A stretch of DNA of 64,000 nt, from positions 1 through 64,000 of the forward strand of contig OZ025781.1 of NCBI GenBank assembly GCA_964019425.1. The letters are read 5' to 3'. This document shows, one piece after another, positions 38,317-50,813 of this stretch. The DNA comes from Flectonema sp. DT1601. Lineage: Eukaryota. The notes under the pieces are model-generated. The model worked only from the letters and a program-made list of their open reading frames with translations, did no database searches and was not told the origin of the DNA. Made by a program: the position numbers and the translations under genes. How positions within the stretch are numbered: the first letter of the stretch is position 1; every line of letters begins with the position of its first letter.

Positions 38317-41300
38317 TCAGCAAACAGGGTCGACATCGTATTCGTAGATGAAATGTCCATCTTTTGGCTCAAGTTCCACAAGTGATTCAACCGCCTGAGG
38401 CTTGTTCATTCTCTTGTAGCATATCGCGGTGATAATTATTATGTTTAACACTACGAAAACTCCCAATACAAGAAACCAAATCCACAGATTTGATGACGCC
38501 GATCCTTCAGAACTGTTAGCCGATGAGGCAGGGAAGAGAACTTCGTGTCCGGGTGTTACGAGTCGGATAATTTCAGTGTAGCCATCTCCATTGCTGCCAA
38601 AGCTACACTTTCGTTCCACTCTGCACTCCGTACTGTTAAGTGCCAGCCATTCCTTGTGTACTTGATCAAAGTCTATTTCATTGTTATTCTGTTTTTGATT
38701 ATTATAATTTGATCTCAAAAGATTAATAGTTGTAGTCAACTGATATTTGATAATGTACACATTAGTAAAACACACCTCGATTGTAAACTCTATGAAAACA
38801 CCTTCGCTGCCGTATTTCATATTTGTAAAGGGAGTGCTCAAGAATGAGAGCGGAGGAGTTTGAATTTCATTTACTTCGTACTTCAAATCCGAACGATCGA
38901 CAAGTTGCAACTCCTGAAATGCTGTGAGCACTTTATGCGTCATGACCTTCTGGTCTTGTTGAGAGGATGGAATAGAAACTCTCCAGCTATGTGAAAGTGG
39001 AGGAATTCCATTGTTTGCCATCAGCGCACCAAGAGTTCGTATTTTTAGGTTTCCCTCAAAAGACTGCAGCGAAGGGAGAGCGCGGAGAAGAGTTCGACGA
39101 AACCGAACTTCAAACAATAAAGGGTTCCTGGCTATAAGGTTCCAAGACCCAGCAAAAGACATTCGGTACTGTCGGATCTGCAAAGGATCCGCCCCAGGAG
39201 GAATTTTATAAAAGTCTGGACTGGCAAAACAAATTCCTTTAATTTTGCAACAAAACTCAGAAGCTTCTTTAGTCAAATCAAAACGACTGTCACCGATTGA
39301 ACAATCGTAGGTACAGCCGACGTTCATTTCTTGGCAGCACTTCGCTAGCATATCGTTGCTCGCGTACTCGTCACATTGTAAGTTGTTTTGAATGGCGCAG
39401 TGTATTCCAACATGTTCGCAACACCAAATCTTGTGGGACACTGATAAACCTCGCTGTTCAGCGCACGCAATCGCTTTGTTTGATTTTGATTCCAGTGGGA
39501 CATATTTATTGCTGTTTGGGCGGTACGGGCATCGAACTCCCTTGACGATACAACACCACCTCCTCCTGGGCTCTGACCAGCTACTAATTGTTGTTGAATC
39601 CCAAGTACAGGAATACGCGTCTTCTGCCTTTGCCTGACATGCAGTGGCAAAGTTCTGACAACAGTAATTCTTCTGTGATGAAGGCCAGTCAGAAGTGACA
39701 CCATAATCACTTGTTAGCAACCAGTTACCTTCACTAGCTGGAAGTGCGAATGTCGAGTTAGTTGCGTGCAGTTGCCGAAGATCTTTCTCAGGAATGCGAC
39801 AGTCATATATTGTCGGATAGCCACCAAGTTTATATTTATTCCAACAAAAAGTACGCTTGTCTGAAGGCCATGCAGTTGATGGAGTCATACAATTGTAGTG
39901 AGATTGTGTTGTTTTATTTAATGTCAACTGTGGCACAACAGTGCATGTCATCCGACAGTCTTCAACACAACTAGAGAGTGATCCAGACTCGCATAAACAC
40001 TTACTTGATACACATTCATCGCATTGATATCCACTTGGACAAATCATATCGGGAGAGCATAAAAGAGTTTGCTCATCAGGGTACTCAAAACTAGAACAGG
40101 AATCAACACAAAGATACCTACCAAGAGATTCCTGACAACTGCTACCTTTCGGACACATCCAATCATTTTCACCCTTTGCTGATTCATTATTATGACGTGG
40201 GTTAGGTAGACACACACCCCATAAGTCTGATGGTATGCAGATACTCTTATGCTTGCAACACCAGACTTTTTTATCAAAAGTCCAAGATCCCAGTGGTGAA
40301 TTGCAGTCGTAGACGAGGCAGTTGAGGTTCGTACATTCCCAGAAACCGTTGTCACAGACGCAGTTGTTGCATTCTTCAGTGTGAGTACTTCCTGTCTCAT
40401 AAGTGTTGCCTTTAAAGACGCAGGGGTCAAGAGTTGCTGTGCATCTGAATTTGTTGTCACTCCACACTTTACAAACAGTTCCTTTTCGGCATAACTCTAC
40501 TATTTGAGATGATGGATCACACGATTCATTCTTCTTTAAATACGTCAACGTACATTGATCGTTGACACACGTCGAATCCGTAGAGCAGCGGAGACGCTGA
40601 CAATCTAATAAATTGGAGTTACTACAACCAACACCGGATGATGAAGGCGGAATACAATAAGAAATATTAGTGCAAGCATTTCTCTCAGGGTCATAAACAG
40701 ATCGACAAGAGTCTGTTCTAAAGCAGTCGGTGTCATTATTACAACTGCGGCATTCTGTTTGAAATTGAACTTCAATTACTCCACTGCTGGTGCATGTGTT
40801 CCGTTCACAATTCCGCAACCAACTAATTCCCCGTGGCTTATACTCTTTTAAAGTGCTGTCGAAACAGTCTGTACAAATTTCTGTGAAATCTCTAATTTCT
40901 GGATCCCTAAAGGCGCAATGTTCTTCATCACAGCTCAACTTACTGCAAGTAGCGGTATTAGGAGGTGTGAATATCTCGCATCCACTTAGTTGAGTACAGT
41001 TGGTATAACCTCCAAGGCAATCACAAACTCTGCATTTTATGATTGCTCGTTGACCATGAGCTAAGTAAAAGTTTGGGATAGTCGGATGTGCGCAATTCTT
41101 TTTTATGACGCAAGTGTCATTCCTACAAAAAGCATCCTTAGAGCAAGGTAACGTTTTACAAGAAGCTCCTACGGAAGCAGCCCTGGTGCAGACCGAAAGG
41201 TGTCCGGATTTACTGCTAGCAGAAGGAGGGTCATGTGAATATTTTATATCATTTAAATGACAAGTGGAGGCTTCAGAACAGAAGTCGTCATCGGGATAGC

Positions 41301-42792
41301 AAATAGGACCAGAATACAAACAGTGACACCTTGCACAGCCGATATTGATGCCCTTTCCCTGCACTACAAAGATATCATCAAACATACACCCAATAACACA
41401 ACTCACTTTCCCTTTCGCTGCCACACAAGAAGCACCCTTACCACATTGCGTGCTGTTGCACTCAGCGTTGCATCGAAGTGTCGAAGTGCAATCCAAAGTA
41501 CCATTGATACAAGAGCAAAAGTCACATTGGCTTGTACGCATTATTGTATGGTGTTTAATTAAATATCCAGAGGAACCTTTCTCATTGTATTGACAGTTAA
41601 AGACAGGAGTGCAGATCCCATATTTTTTTGTCTTCTGAATACAAATTGTTCCTCGTTGGCAGTTTCTGTAGCCCAATTGGCACTCACCGAAAGCAGGAAT
41701 GACGTCCATGCACCCGCTCTTTACGTCAACACCACTACGAGTGTTGTCGAAGCAGAGCTGATTCCGTGAAGGATCATTGCAGAGAGAGTCGTCTGCTTTA
41801 CATTCTTTTTTACCATTGTTGCATGTACAGCGAAGGCATCCACTTTCAACAGCAGATGTTTGATCTTCAATCAAACCTCGTATTGGGGTACTCACTAGAC
41901 AAACATCATCAACACACGAAGGGAATCCATTTATATAAAAACATTGAGCATCTGTACTCGAACATGCTTTCTTTGCGTCTTCTGCGTGACACGTCGTTAA
42001 CGTCATTTCAGCTACTGGTTCGGGTGTTGAAATACAAAACTTTCTACTGCATGCCAGATTTCCACTTACACAGCTGCAGGTATTACAATCAACCGGTACT
42101 GTGTCTCCATGTTCAATTGGTTTACCATTTAAGAAACAAAGTGGTTGGCATTCCATAATGTCTCCTTTCTTAACACAACTAGAATTCTTGTGACAGTCGT
42201 TGGGTTTTGTCGTGCAGTCTGCTGAGTCAAGGAGCGGAGAAACACAACCAGTGTCTTGGTAATTACTTTCATTGTATTGACAAATCATATTATTCGGACA
42301 CAATGAAGGAGTTGGAACACAAGTTAAGTTTCCTTTATCACAATCACATACGACACATGTTCCGCGAACAATATCAGTTTCTCCATCAATTAGTAATACA
42401 CCATGAGAGTTAGGGAAGTAACAATTAGATTCACATTCCGGGTGGTCATCTACATAAGTACAACGTTCATTACCGCAGCTATTCTTGCATGCTTGCTCTG
42501 GAGTTTGAGGACAAGCAATTTCAGTACAGAATCTGAGTATCGTATTAGAACACTGACAGGTATTACATCCCAATTCGATATTCTTCTTGTGTCCTACTAT
42601 AAGATGATCATCTCCATTGTGGACTAAGCAGTCATGAAGTCCAACGCAGTACCAGTCTGTCGTACCTAACAGCTCCCTGCAATCTGAACCGCTAACGCAA
42701 TTCTTCGACATATCAATCGTAGCATTCCTGCAGACGTCCCCAACGTTGCGATTCAATGCCACAACGCTGAGTGCAGCAAGTACTAAAAACAT
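38317..42792 (-). CDS. Cysteine-rich type I membrane protein (pacifastin/VWC-like CNTCxC repeats, WCC repeats); probable 87-nt in-frame intron at 38689-38775
   Basis: Signal peptide MFLVLAALSVVA, C-terminal TM helix; AT-rich segment bounded by GAG|GTGTGT and AAAAACAG. Confidence 0.85.
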   Translation of the reverse strand: MFLVLAALSVVALNRNVGDVCRNATIDMSKNCVSGSDCRELLGTTDWYCVGLHDCLVHNGDDHLIVGHKKNIELGCNTCQCSNTILRFCTEIACPQTPEQACKNSCGNERCTYVDDHPECESNCYFPNSHGVLLIDGETDIVRGTCVVCDCDKGNLTCVPTPSLCPNNMICQYNESNYQDTGCVSPLLDSADCTTKPNDCHKNSSCVKKGDIMECQPLCFLNGKPIEHGDTVPVDCNTCSCVSGNLACSRKFCISTPEPVAEMTLTTCHAEDAKKACSSTDAQCFYINGFPSCVDDVCLVSTPIRGLIEDQTSAVESGCLRCTCNNGKKECKADDSLCNDPSRNQLCFDNTRSGVDVKSGCMDVIPAFGECQLGYRNCQRGTICIQKTKKYGICTPVFNCQYNEKGSSGYLIKHHTIMRTSQCDFCSCINGTLDCTSTLRCNAECNSTQCGKGASCVAAKGKVSCVIGCMFDDIFVVQGKGINIGCARCHCLYSGPICYPDDDFCSEASTCHLNDIKYSHDPPSASSKSGHLSVCTRAASVGASCKTLPCSKDAFCRNDTCVIKKNCAHPTIPNFYLAHGQRAIIKCRVCDCLGGYTNCTQLSGCEIFTPPNTATCSKLSCDEEHCAFRDPEIRDFTEICTDCFDSTLKEYKPRGISWLRNCERNTCTSSGVIEVQFQTECRSCNNDTDCFRTDSCRSVYDPERNACTNISYCIPPSSSGVGCSNSNLLDCQRLRCSTDSTCVNDQCTLTYLKKNESCDPSSQIVELCRKGTVCKVWSDNKFRCTATLDPCVFKGNTYETGSTHTEECNNCVCDNGFWECTNLNCLVYDCNSPLGSWTFDKKVWCCKHKSICIPSDLWGVCLPNPRHNNESAKGENDWMCPKGSSCQESLGRYLCVDSCSSFEYPDEQTLLCSPDMICPSGYQCDECVSSKCLCESGSLSSCVEDCRMTCTVVPQLTLNKTTQSHYNCMTPSTAWPSDKRTFCWNKYKLGGYPTIYDCRIPEKDLRQLHATNSTFALPASEGNWLLTSDYGVTSDWPSSQKNYCCQNFATACQAKAEDAYSCTWDSTTISSWSEPRRRWCCIVKGVRCPYRPNSNKYVPLESKSNKAIACAEQRGLSVSHKIWCCEHVGIHCAIQNNLQCDEYASNDMLAKCCQEMNVGCTYDCSIGDSRFDLTKEASEFCCKIKGICFASPDFYKIPPGADPLQIRQYRMSFAGSWNLIARNPLLFEVRFRRTLLRALPSLQSFEGNLKIRTLGALMANNGIPPLSHSWRVSIPSSQQDQKVMTHKVLTAFQELQLVDRSDLKYEVNEIQTPPLSFLSTPFTNMKYGSEGVFIEFTIEVCFTNVYIIKYQLTTTINLLRSNYNNQKQNNNEIDFDQVHKEWLALNSTECRVERKCSFGSNGDGYTEIIRLVTPGHEVLFPASSANSSEGSASSNLWIWFLVLGVFVVLNIIIITAICYKRMNKPQAVESLVELEPKDGHFIYEYDVDPVC

Positions 42793-43318
42793 CTGGACTG
42801 GAAAAAAAAAAGGTGTGTTAATAATATTCTGATTTCCTAAAAACAATATATTCCAATTCGTCAACTGAGAAACATAAAGAGATAACGCAATGAAAAGGAT
42901 ACAGATTATTCCGCCCCAAGCATGCGTTTATTTCAATGTGTCAGTTGACCTTGCTCGCTGACTCAGGCAAGCTCAAAACCGCGGTTTTGGTTAAATAAAA
43001 GGAATGGGTGGAACTACTTGCTGAATGACTAAGTAAACCTTCATACAGACTCAACAGAATAGCTGCACACATATAATGACAAAATCACATTAAACATAAA
43101 ATGAAAAAAAAGAAGTCGTAAAAATTTTGGTACGGAGTTTAAGTCAACTAACTAGTCGAGGTCGAGAAACTATTTTTTTTTTTTTTTTTTTGACAGAATG
43201 GCAACAAACAGCAACCGAACCATCAGCTGCCGTGTTCCCCGTTTGGAGTAATCTGTCTGTCTTTTCGTATTCAACGTCGTCAAAAAAGAGTCTTCACTTT
43301 CAGTACTTAAAATAAATA

Positions 43319-43349
<31 letters not shown>

Positions 43350-43863
43350 TGAGACTTGTTTATGCTTTACTTAACTAATCGACCTTTTTACGGTACGTAC
43401 TTAGTCACGTTGCCAACAAGCTGATGAGGACAAGCTAAGCCTGATACAAATAAAGTATTCAGAATAGCTCTACAAGTAGAAGTAAAGACCTACAGTGCAG
43501 TTCAGTAAACCGAACACAATATAACAAATGGAATAAATCAAAGCCTGCTTCCTAACTCCCATCACATCACAGCTAAGCTGCGACCGAGGAAAAGAAGGAA
43601 AAACTGACAACTTTTAAAATAATTGTGAATAGCTGACTAGCAGGTAACAAGAACAAGACGAATTACTAAAATAGCTGACAACACAAATACCAAACAAGAA
43701 TAGATTCACTCCCTTCAACAACATGTGGGAGATGTAAACTAAAGAAGTTCTTGTCGGTGCTCAACGTATCAGAGAGAAGGGAATATTGAGTACGAAACAG
43801 AGAATCAATGCTTTCACAGCAGCGGTAAGTGGATAAACCATCAGGTACGACCTAACAAAGAAG

Positions 43864-46338
43864 TTACACTGCAGCTTCTTCAGCAACTACTTCATCATCG
43901 TCACACAGTTGGGTGGAAACGAGTTCGACTGAGTTCTCACTATCAACACGTGTTTCGTTATCATCGCCAGGGATGTAGTTCAGGTCGATTCCCTCATTCG
44001 GGTCAGCCATTTCTACATCCTCATCAGAATACGTGGATTCTTTACACAAATAATAACCACCACAAAGAGAGAACAGTAAAAGAACTGCACACCCGATGAC
44101 AACTATCAACCCAGCAGTCGAAATAGAATTCTTATTCTCAACAATTACAGTTCCTGTTGAAGGTGTTGAGCTGACTGCTATTTCTTCAGCAACAGATCCC
44201 CGTAAGAGACGAGTATGAGATATTGGATAAGTGAATAAAGAATAACCAAACCAATTGTCGCTAAAAGATCCCTTCATATGCTGCCCGCTATTAATCGACT
44301 TCTGCAGCTCATTGTGAACGTTGTTGAGCCATCTTAACGACTCTTCGGTTGCTGCAGTATGAGTGTGTACTATGAAATCAATGAATATTCCATTCGCTCC
44401 CTTACTTATCGAAGGGTAGACTCCTGGTTTCCAAATGCTGACGGCCTCTTCCTCCATCACTGAGATGTTTCGAATTATGTGAAGGTCGGTAGAGTTTGCG
44501 CAATCTTCAGCGTTCCATTTTTCAGGAAATTTGATGCCCCAATCTCGTAGATCTTCAGGGACGTGATTAGCGAACAGTAATCCTCCAACTGCTGTGATGT
44601 GAACTGTGTGGGGACGATCTCTCAGTCTGGGTGACATTTTTATTATCGTCATCCGAAGTTGAGAAAACTTCATTCTTGGAGAGGCGGCCACATTCCAATA
44701 ATCGAATCTTAACTTTACGCGATGGAATGCCCAGGGCCTGCTCACTGAGACATTACCTTCGTCGGTGCCGTTGAGAGGAAAATCCGGAAGGTGAGTTGTA
44801 AAGTCCCCGCTCATGTCGCAGAAGGATCCTCTCAGTCTACAACAATACTCTCTGTGAGATCTGCTTTTGGATTCGTGTAAAGTACACTTGTACATACAGT
44901 GTTGATTGTTGTGAGTGCAGCACCACTTCTTTGCTTCCTGAGACAGGTCTGTCGTAGGCCTACTACAATCATATTTATTTGGTAAGCAAGCAACTCCGAT
45001 ACCGAGGCAGCAAGATCCATTTCTACTGAGTGACCAACTGGATACGTCACCTGAGCACAACAACTCATATTCTGAACGCTCTTTTATAATCTCCGGGGTT
45101 TGTACTTCACACTGAATCCCATGATGTGAACAGCACCACTTCCGATGAGCAGGTGTCCATAAAGAGCTGCTTACTGCCCACTCACATGTTGGGTAAACGA
45201 AACACGCTATCCCATATGCAGTGCAGCAGAAGTTTTTTCTCTCCGCGTCCCAACCGCTGGTGTAAGTCACGTCTGTCGATATTTGTTGTCTATCCTTAGT
45301 GTGAGACTGCCAATTGTAGTTAATTGTAATATTCTTTACTGGTACCGTACAGTCATAAGGTTCAGTATTACATCCAATCCAGTGACGAGTACAGCAGTAG
45401 TTCTGATGATCAAATGACCAGTCGTTTATTGGAGAAGAGCAGTCGTAGTTTTGATTGATTCCAATTCGAGAAGTTGACGCTGACGAGTCAAGAGACTTAC
45501 AAAACGGACGACAAACATCATTACAAATAACTTCACCAGAAAAGGAATCACATTCACATTTAGTTGCTTTACATCCACTGCATTCCATACCATCAGGGCA
45601 CTGCTTTTGAGCATTACAATAAAGGACTTCAGTCAAGAAGTTGCCAAATGTTTTTTCATCACAATCCTTCACGGGGATGGATGTGCAAGTGTTACCCATA
45701 ATCATGTTACCGCGACACTCTAATCCTTCTTTACATTCAAAGTGAATATAACCCTCTGGTGGGATCAGAGGAACTGCTTCACATGAGTCACCCTCTTCAA
45801 GATAAGACTTCTGACAAATACTGTTCACACACACTGCTAATTCCGTACAACTTCCAATACTGCAGTCAGACCCGACTGATATATCTTTTGGAGGTTCAGT
45901 ACATGTGAATAGCGTTGAGAGTAACTGTTGTTGGCAAATCAAGTCATCTTCGCAATACGGCTGATGGTTGACAACACACAGAGATCCGACACTCAGTAAA
46001 GGATATTCACAGAGGTTAGTATCTCCACATTGTGATTGGATGTCTTTTTTTATTGGACAGGAGTAGTTTTGTTCTTCATATCTACAGATGTCACCAATAT
46101 CAATTATAAGTTCATCAGATCCTTTCTGACAAGACCAAAAAGAGTTCAATACGAAACCCGATGATATCTTTGGCACACATCCGTACCCAGTAGGACAGTC
46201 GTATGGTTTATTTAATAATAATTCAGTCTTTTCACTATTTTGTATCCGACAGTCATCACCAGCATTCAAATTACTTCCCCGACATTCGATCCACAAACTA
46301 ACTCCAATCAGACACTTCACTAAACCAAACAACTTCAT
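43864..46338 (-). CDS. Cysteine-rich type I membrane protein, related to 38317-42792
   Basis: Signal peptide, YDC...W...(Y/F/W)CC repeats, shared membrane-proximal motif G(V/I)FI(E/D)F, TM helix. Confidence 0.88.
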   Translation of the reverse strand: MKLFGLVKCLIGVSLWIECRGSNLNAGDDCRIQNSEKTELLLNKPYDCPTGYGCVPKISSGFVLNSFWSCQKGSDELIIDIGDICRYEEQNYSCPIKKDIQSQCGDTNLCEYPLLSVGSLCVVNHQPYCEDDLICQQQLLSTLFTCTEPPKDISVGSDCSIGSCTELAVCVNSICQKSYLEEGDSCEAVPLIPPEGYIHFECKEGLECRGNMIMGNTCTSIPVKDCDEKTFGNFLTEVLYCNAQKQCPDGMECSGCKATKCECDSFSGEVICNDVCRPFCKSLDSSASTSRIGINQNYDCSSPINDWSFDHQNYCCTRHWIGCNTEPYDCTVPVKNITINYNWQSHTKDRQQISTDVTYTSGWDAERKNFCCTAYGIACFVYPTCEWAVSSSLWTPAHRKWCCSHHGIQCEVQTPEIIKERSEYELLCSGDVSSWSLSRNGSCCLGIGVACLPNKYDCSRPTTDLSQEAKKWCCTHNNQHCMYKCTLHESKSRSHREYCCRLRGSFCDMSGDFTTHLPDFPLNGTDEGNVSVSRPWAFHRVKLRFDYWNVAASPRMKFSQLRMTIIKMSPRLRDRPHTVHITAVGGLLFANHVPEDLRDWGIKFPEKWNAEDCANSTDLHIIRNISVMEEEAVSIWKPGVYPSISKGANGIFIDFIVHTHTAATEESLRWLNNVHNELQKSINSGQHMKGSFSDNWFGYSLFTYPISHTRLLRGSVAEEIAVSSTPSTGTVIVENKNSISTAGLIVVIGCAVLLLFSLCGGYYLCKESTYSDEDVEMADPNEGIDLNYIPGDDNETRVDSENSVELVSTQLCDDDEVVAEEAAV

Positions 46339-48078
46339 TCTACCAAATCATAAATTGTGTGAAATCATCTGTAATGATAACCTGACATAACTTGAAGCCT
46401 TCTCAAATTCGTAAATAACAGTTCTTGCATAATTTAGTAATGGCAAGTAGAAAACAAGACAATCACTGCGGCTCAATGAAGGCACAAAAAAATAAAATAG
46501 AATCGGGTCAAAAATTCACTTTTTTTTCTTTTTTACTTATAATTTTGTTTGTTTGTTTTCGGAAAATTTGCTAAATAAGTAATTTTTTCTTTTTTCCGAG
46601 ACACGAAATCATCGCAAGAGGCACACCACATTGATTCTTGCTAAATAAGTTGGTGAGGAGGAAGAGGTTTTTTTTTTACTACTGATTGCAGTCACAAAAC
46701 CATTACTTTTTTTTTTTTTTTTTTCAAAAAAAAACAAGCAGGTTGCAACACGAAATAAAGGTCTTCGAATGAGAAAAAAGTCTAGTTGCTAAGGTGTAGA
46801 GGTTTTTAAAAAAAAAAAAAAAAAAAAAAAAGGTTGGATGTCCCCTTCATGAGCTGTAGATAGTCTCGGGATAAAGTGTAATCCTAAATTCAAACAACAA
46901 CATCAAATGCAATGAATTTAGTACCCCGAGTGTTGCTCCACATGCCTTGGGTTCAATCACGACAAACCAAAAACTACTTCGAACTAGCTACAAAAAAAAA
47001 AAAAAATACAAAATAATAAACAACTCGACCAATAATATCCAAACAGAGATGAAAGCTTCCAAAAGCAGAATCAAAGAAGTCCAGCTCAAAGCGACCCAAA
47101 CAACTCAATGCTAACTTAGAAGAGCTTAGGTAAGGAAGTGGGAGTAAAGGGTGGTAAACTTTTCAGGTAACAAGCTCAACTACAGCCTAAAGTAGAGCTT
47201 AGCAGAGATGATGATGATTTTATAAAAAAAAATAAGCAGCCATCAAGTCTCATAAGGAATTTAAGAACCAGGAGGTGAAGTTTTCCTTTTTAAGTAGGGA
47301 AAGACTACATTCCACCGTCGTCTTTTTTTTCTCGCAATAAACCCTGCTAGCGATGGCAATATGCTTGTTGTCGCCAGCAAGATTCAAAACACAGATCGAA
47401 GAAAGGGAATAACAAGTAACAAGAAAAACTCAACTAACTTAAAGTAAAGCTTTTACGACATAGAGATCATGATTTTATACTTTTTGTCAAAAGTACTTTT
47501 AGAATATAAAAATAGAGCACTAATTCAAAATATAACACACATTGGTATTGCTGTTCCATTTACTGTGGAATACGTAGTTCAGAAGACTTGTTCTCATACT
47601 ACTTGTCCCCAGTTAGTAAAAGTAAGCAAACCTATAAAACACTTCAAGGGAAATATAAAGACATTTCTCCATTATCTTTTTCTAGACACAAAGTAACTTA
47701 ATAATACGGAGGTCTTTATATTTCCTCAAGAAGGAAACACTGGGTAACAACTCAACTACATCTTAAACAGAATTTTAACAAATTATATCTTTTCAGGTCT
47801 CTATAAAGATTCAAGAACTGGGGTGTTGGAGTGGGGTGAAAAAAAATAAGGAGAGGGGGAAAGAAAAAATCGATTAAAAAATAAAGTAGAGATACCATGA
47901 GTGGATTTCTTTGTAATATTTTACATTTTTGTTTTGTTTGTGCGTAACAGGTTCAAAATCCTAATAAAGGAATAGGTTAGTTACGCTGCCACAGTTCTCT
48001 GAATAATTTGTTTGTTCCTCTTTGCAGCAACACCATAGTTACTTAATGTGGTTCTTGATTGTCTCATCAAACATCAGG

Positions 48079-48498
48079 TCAAAAAACAGATCCCATCGCC
48101 AACACACGGCTAATCTTTACTTTGGGGAAAAGATATTGTTTTGTCTTGTTTTGATTGTTTTCTTTGAGAAGAGTAGACGGGTCGGGTACCTTAGTGATAG
48201 GAACAGAAATAGCAGTAGAAAGGTCTAAGAAGAACTCTGCTGGATCGAGGTGATTAACTAACTTAAAGTGAGAAGAGCAACCCGTCTTGTCGTCAGACAC
48301 TTTGATCACAGCTTCAGCACCGCAAACGATCAGTTGAGAAATTTCTCCAGCGAGGTATGCTCGCGAGACGCATTCGTGTGAACCTGTAACGAAAAACACT
48401 CCACCACGTCTTAGTTTGACGTCCATGGCTTTGGTCTTACCTCTAGTCGTCATTCTCACGATTGGAGCCTTCAAAGAAACGTTCTTGGTGTTGGTCAT
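48079..48498 (-). CDS. Hypothetical protein (139 aa)
   Basis: ATG ORF on the gene-bearing strand, with a TTTTTTCAG acceptor ~20 nt upstream. Confidence 0.5.
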   Translation of the reverse strand: MTNTKNVSLKAPIVRMTTRGKTKAMDVKLRRGGVFFVTGSHECVSRAYLAGEISQLIVCGAEAVIKVSDDKTGCSSHFKLVNHLDPAEFFLDLSTAISVPITKVPDPSTLLKENNQNKTKQYLFPKVKISRVLAMGSVF

Positions 48499-50813
48499 GT
48501 TTTTGTCTTATCTTAAACCTGAAAAAATATATCTATAGTCGTCGCTTTACATTTCCGTGATGTTCCATTTAAGACTGTGGAATACGTACTTCATCAGTAA
48601 GTCTGTCTGTAGAGAAGATAAATAAAGAAGTCACATAATACATCCCTGACAGTAAACTATGGAGCATCTGATTAACTCCAACCACAAGACTTATATCATC
48701 TACACCCTCGTCTGTGAAGTTACGACGGAAATAAAGAAATTCTTCATCAGTCGCAACAGCCTAGCCTTAGGTGAATCACGGCGCTATAGCTACAAAAGGA
48801 GGTCTATCGAATTTCATTAACATGACGACATGACGTCACTTATCAGTCGATGATTCCGACACATTCAAGTGACGGATCTGTGCGGTATTATCGCAAGAAA
48901 AAAAAAAAAAAAAAAAAAAAGGGAACAAGAGAATAGAAACAAGAATAACACTACTGACTACCTTTTCGCAAATCAAAGGGAAGAATGAGAAAGGAGAACA
49001 AGAAACTAGAAATCGATCCAATCTAATTAAATTAATTCGCGAGGCCGCATTACTCCAAATCAAAAGGAAGGAGATCTCTGTGGCGGAAATTTCCACCAAA
49101 AAGTTGAACAAAACATCAATTTAGACATTTTAAGAAAAAGGTTACAACACATCGCAACAGCTTCTTCGAAAACGTGTGTCCCTGAAGAAGCAATTACACT
49201 ACTGCTTGTCGACTTTTAGTCTACTTCGACAAGCAGAAAACCCAAAAGTATAAAACACGATTTCTTTTTAATACCGTAATACAGTAATAATTTACCCTTT
49301 TTTTTTGTTAGTAAACATCGATAGGCACGCCCTCGGCAGAATAATTTATTTTCTTATTTTGGAGGAAGTGGACAAAAAAGTAAAATAAAGGAACCAACAT
49401 AACGAATGAGGAGAAGCTACCAGACTTTGAATATCGAGATCTCGTAGTAGAGGAACTGTTATTCTATTCAGAGACGAGGAACAACAAGCTGGGAATAGGA
49501 AATACAGATGGGGGGGAATAATTGGGAGGGAGAGAAGCAATGCGAAAACAAAATGTCTCCGAACAAAAAAAAAAAAAATAGACTTCTTGCAATCTCAAAT
49601 ACTTTGGGGGGATTGGAATGATTCTAATTTACTTTAAAAGGTTTTGTACTTTATCAATATTTAGGATGAGTAAATTAGTTATCCAAGTGGTGAAGGACGA
49701 GAGCAGAAGACAATCAGTAACCACACCTGTTACCAAACATTCTGCAAAGTAGCAATTGAGCACCTTTCTTCAATCAGAGAGCTAACGAAGAGATTGGATT
49801 GAGAGTTTTATCAAATCAAATAACATGTTCGCACAACTGATTATAAATAAATTGTAAGTTGTTACAAAGTAGCGGAATTGGGGAGAGCGCCTTCAGTCAA
49901 ACATATGCTTGGCAACCCTCCTCCAAATAGTTAATTCGCACCGCTGGGGCATTCGGGATTTTAAGAGAAGGTGATGAGTGTGGGAAGTACTGTACCGTTA
50001 TTGTCATCTTTATGTTGTTCTTCACTTTAAATGATCACCAAGAATATTATTCCGGGCGAATGCCGAATAACTAACCAATACAGCAGCTGAGAAATCGCAT
50101 GCAGGAGTAAGTCACACAACACGCTCGAGAGAGCGTTGCGATTAATCGGTGGAGTGTTCCTGAGCTAATATTATTTACTACTTGATTCATACTTTTCTTT
50201 AAGACTATTTCTTTTCTTAAAAAAAAACAACGCAACATGGAAAACAGTTCATTGCGAAGACGTTCGTACGTAGATAATGAAAGCGACATCAGTCAGCAAA
50301 GCCCGATGTCTTTTGTTGTAGTAAAAACAGGCGAGAGGGGTAAAGCAAGGCCTAACAAATAATAATATTTAATTTGTTTGCTATCAACTCGTTTGCTACC
50401 AGACAGTAGAACAGTAATTAGGTTTCGATAACACTGACTGTCAGTTCCGTTAGTGATATCTTTTGGTATGTTTGTTTGAAGATTTCTACAAGTTGAAGTG
50501 ATTGTTTCTTTATCAAGCAACAAAATAAAAAAGAGGGAAAAAAAATTTTTCATTCGCAAGTTGAGGGACAATGCGCTTATAACTAACATCAAGGTTGATA
50601 GTCCACCAACAGAAGTCAGTTTTACGATTACATCCCTCTCCATCACGCCAATAAACAGAAAACCTAACGGAAAACGTTGGAATAAGGGAACTACGAAACA
50701 AATAGCCACGAAAGAAATTTCTTATAGAAACTGTCGGCTGGAGGGATGGTTAACAGAAGGGAGTAAAAGATATTAGTCGCAATCCCTGAGAGCAGGGAAA
50801 ACAACAAAAGTGA

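Noticed and set aside
46400..50800. Short ORFs in the AT-rich intergenic region, other than 48079-48498
   Set aside because: Low complexity, mostly non-ATG starts, no recognisable motifs.
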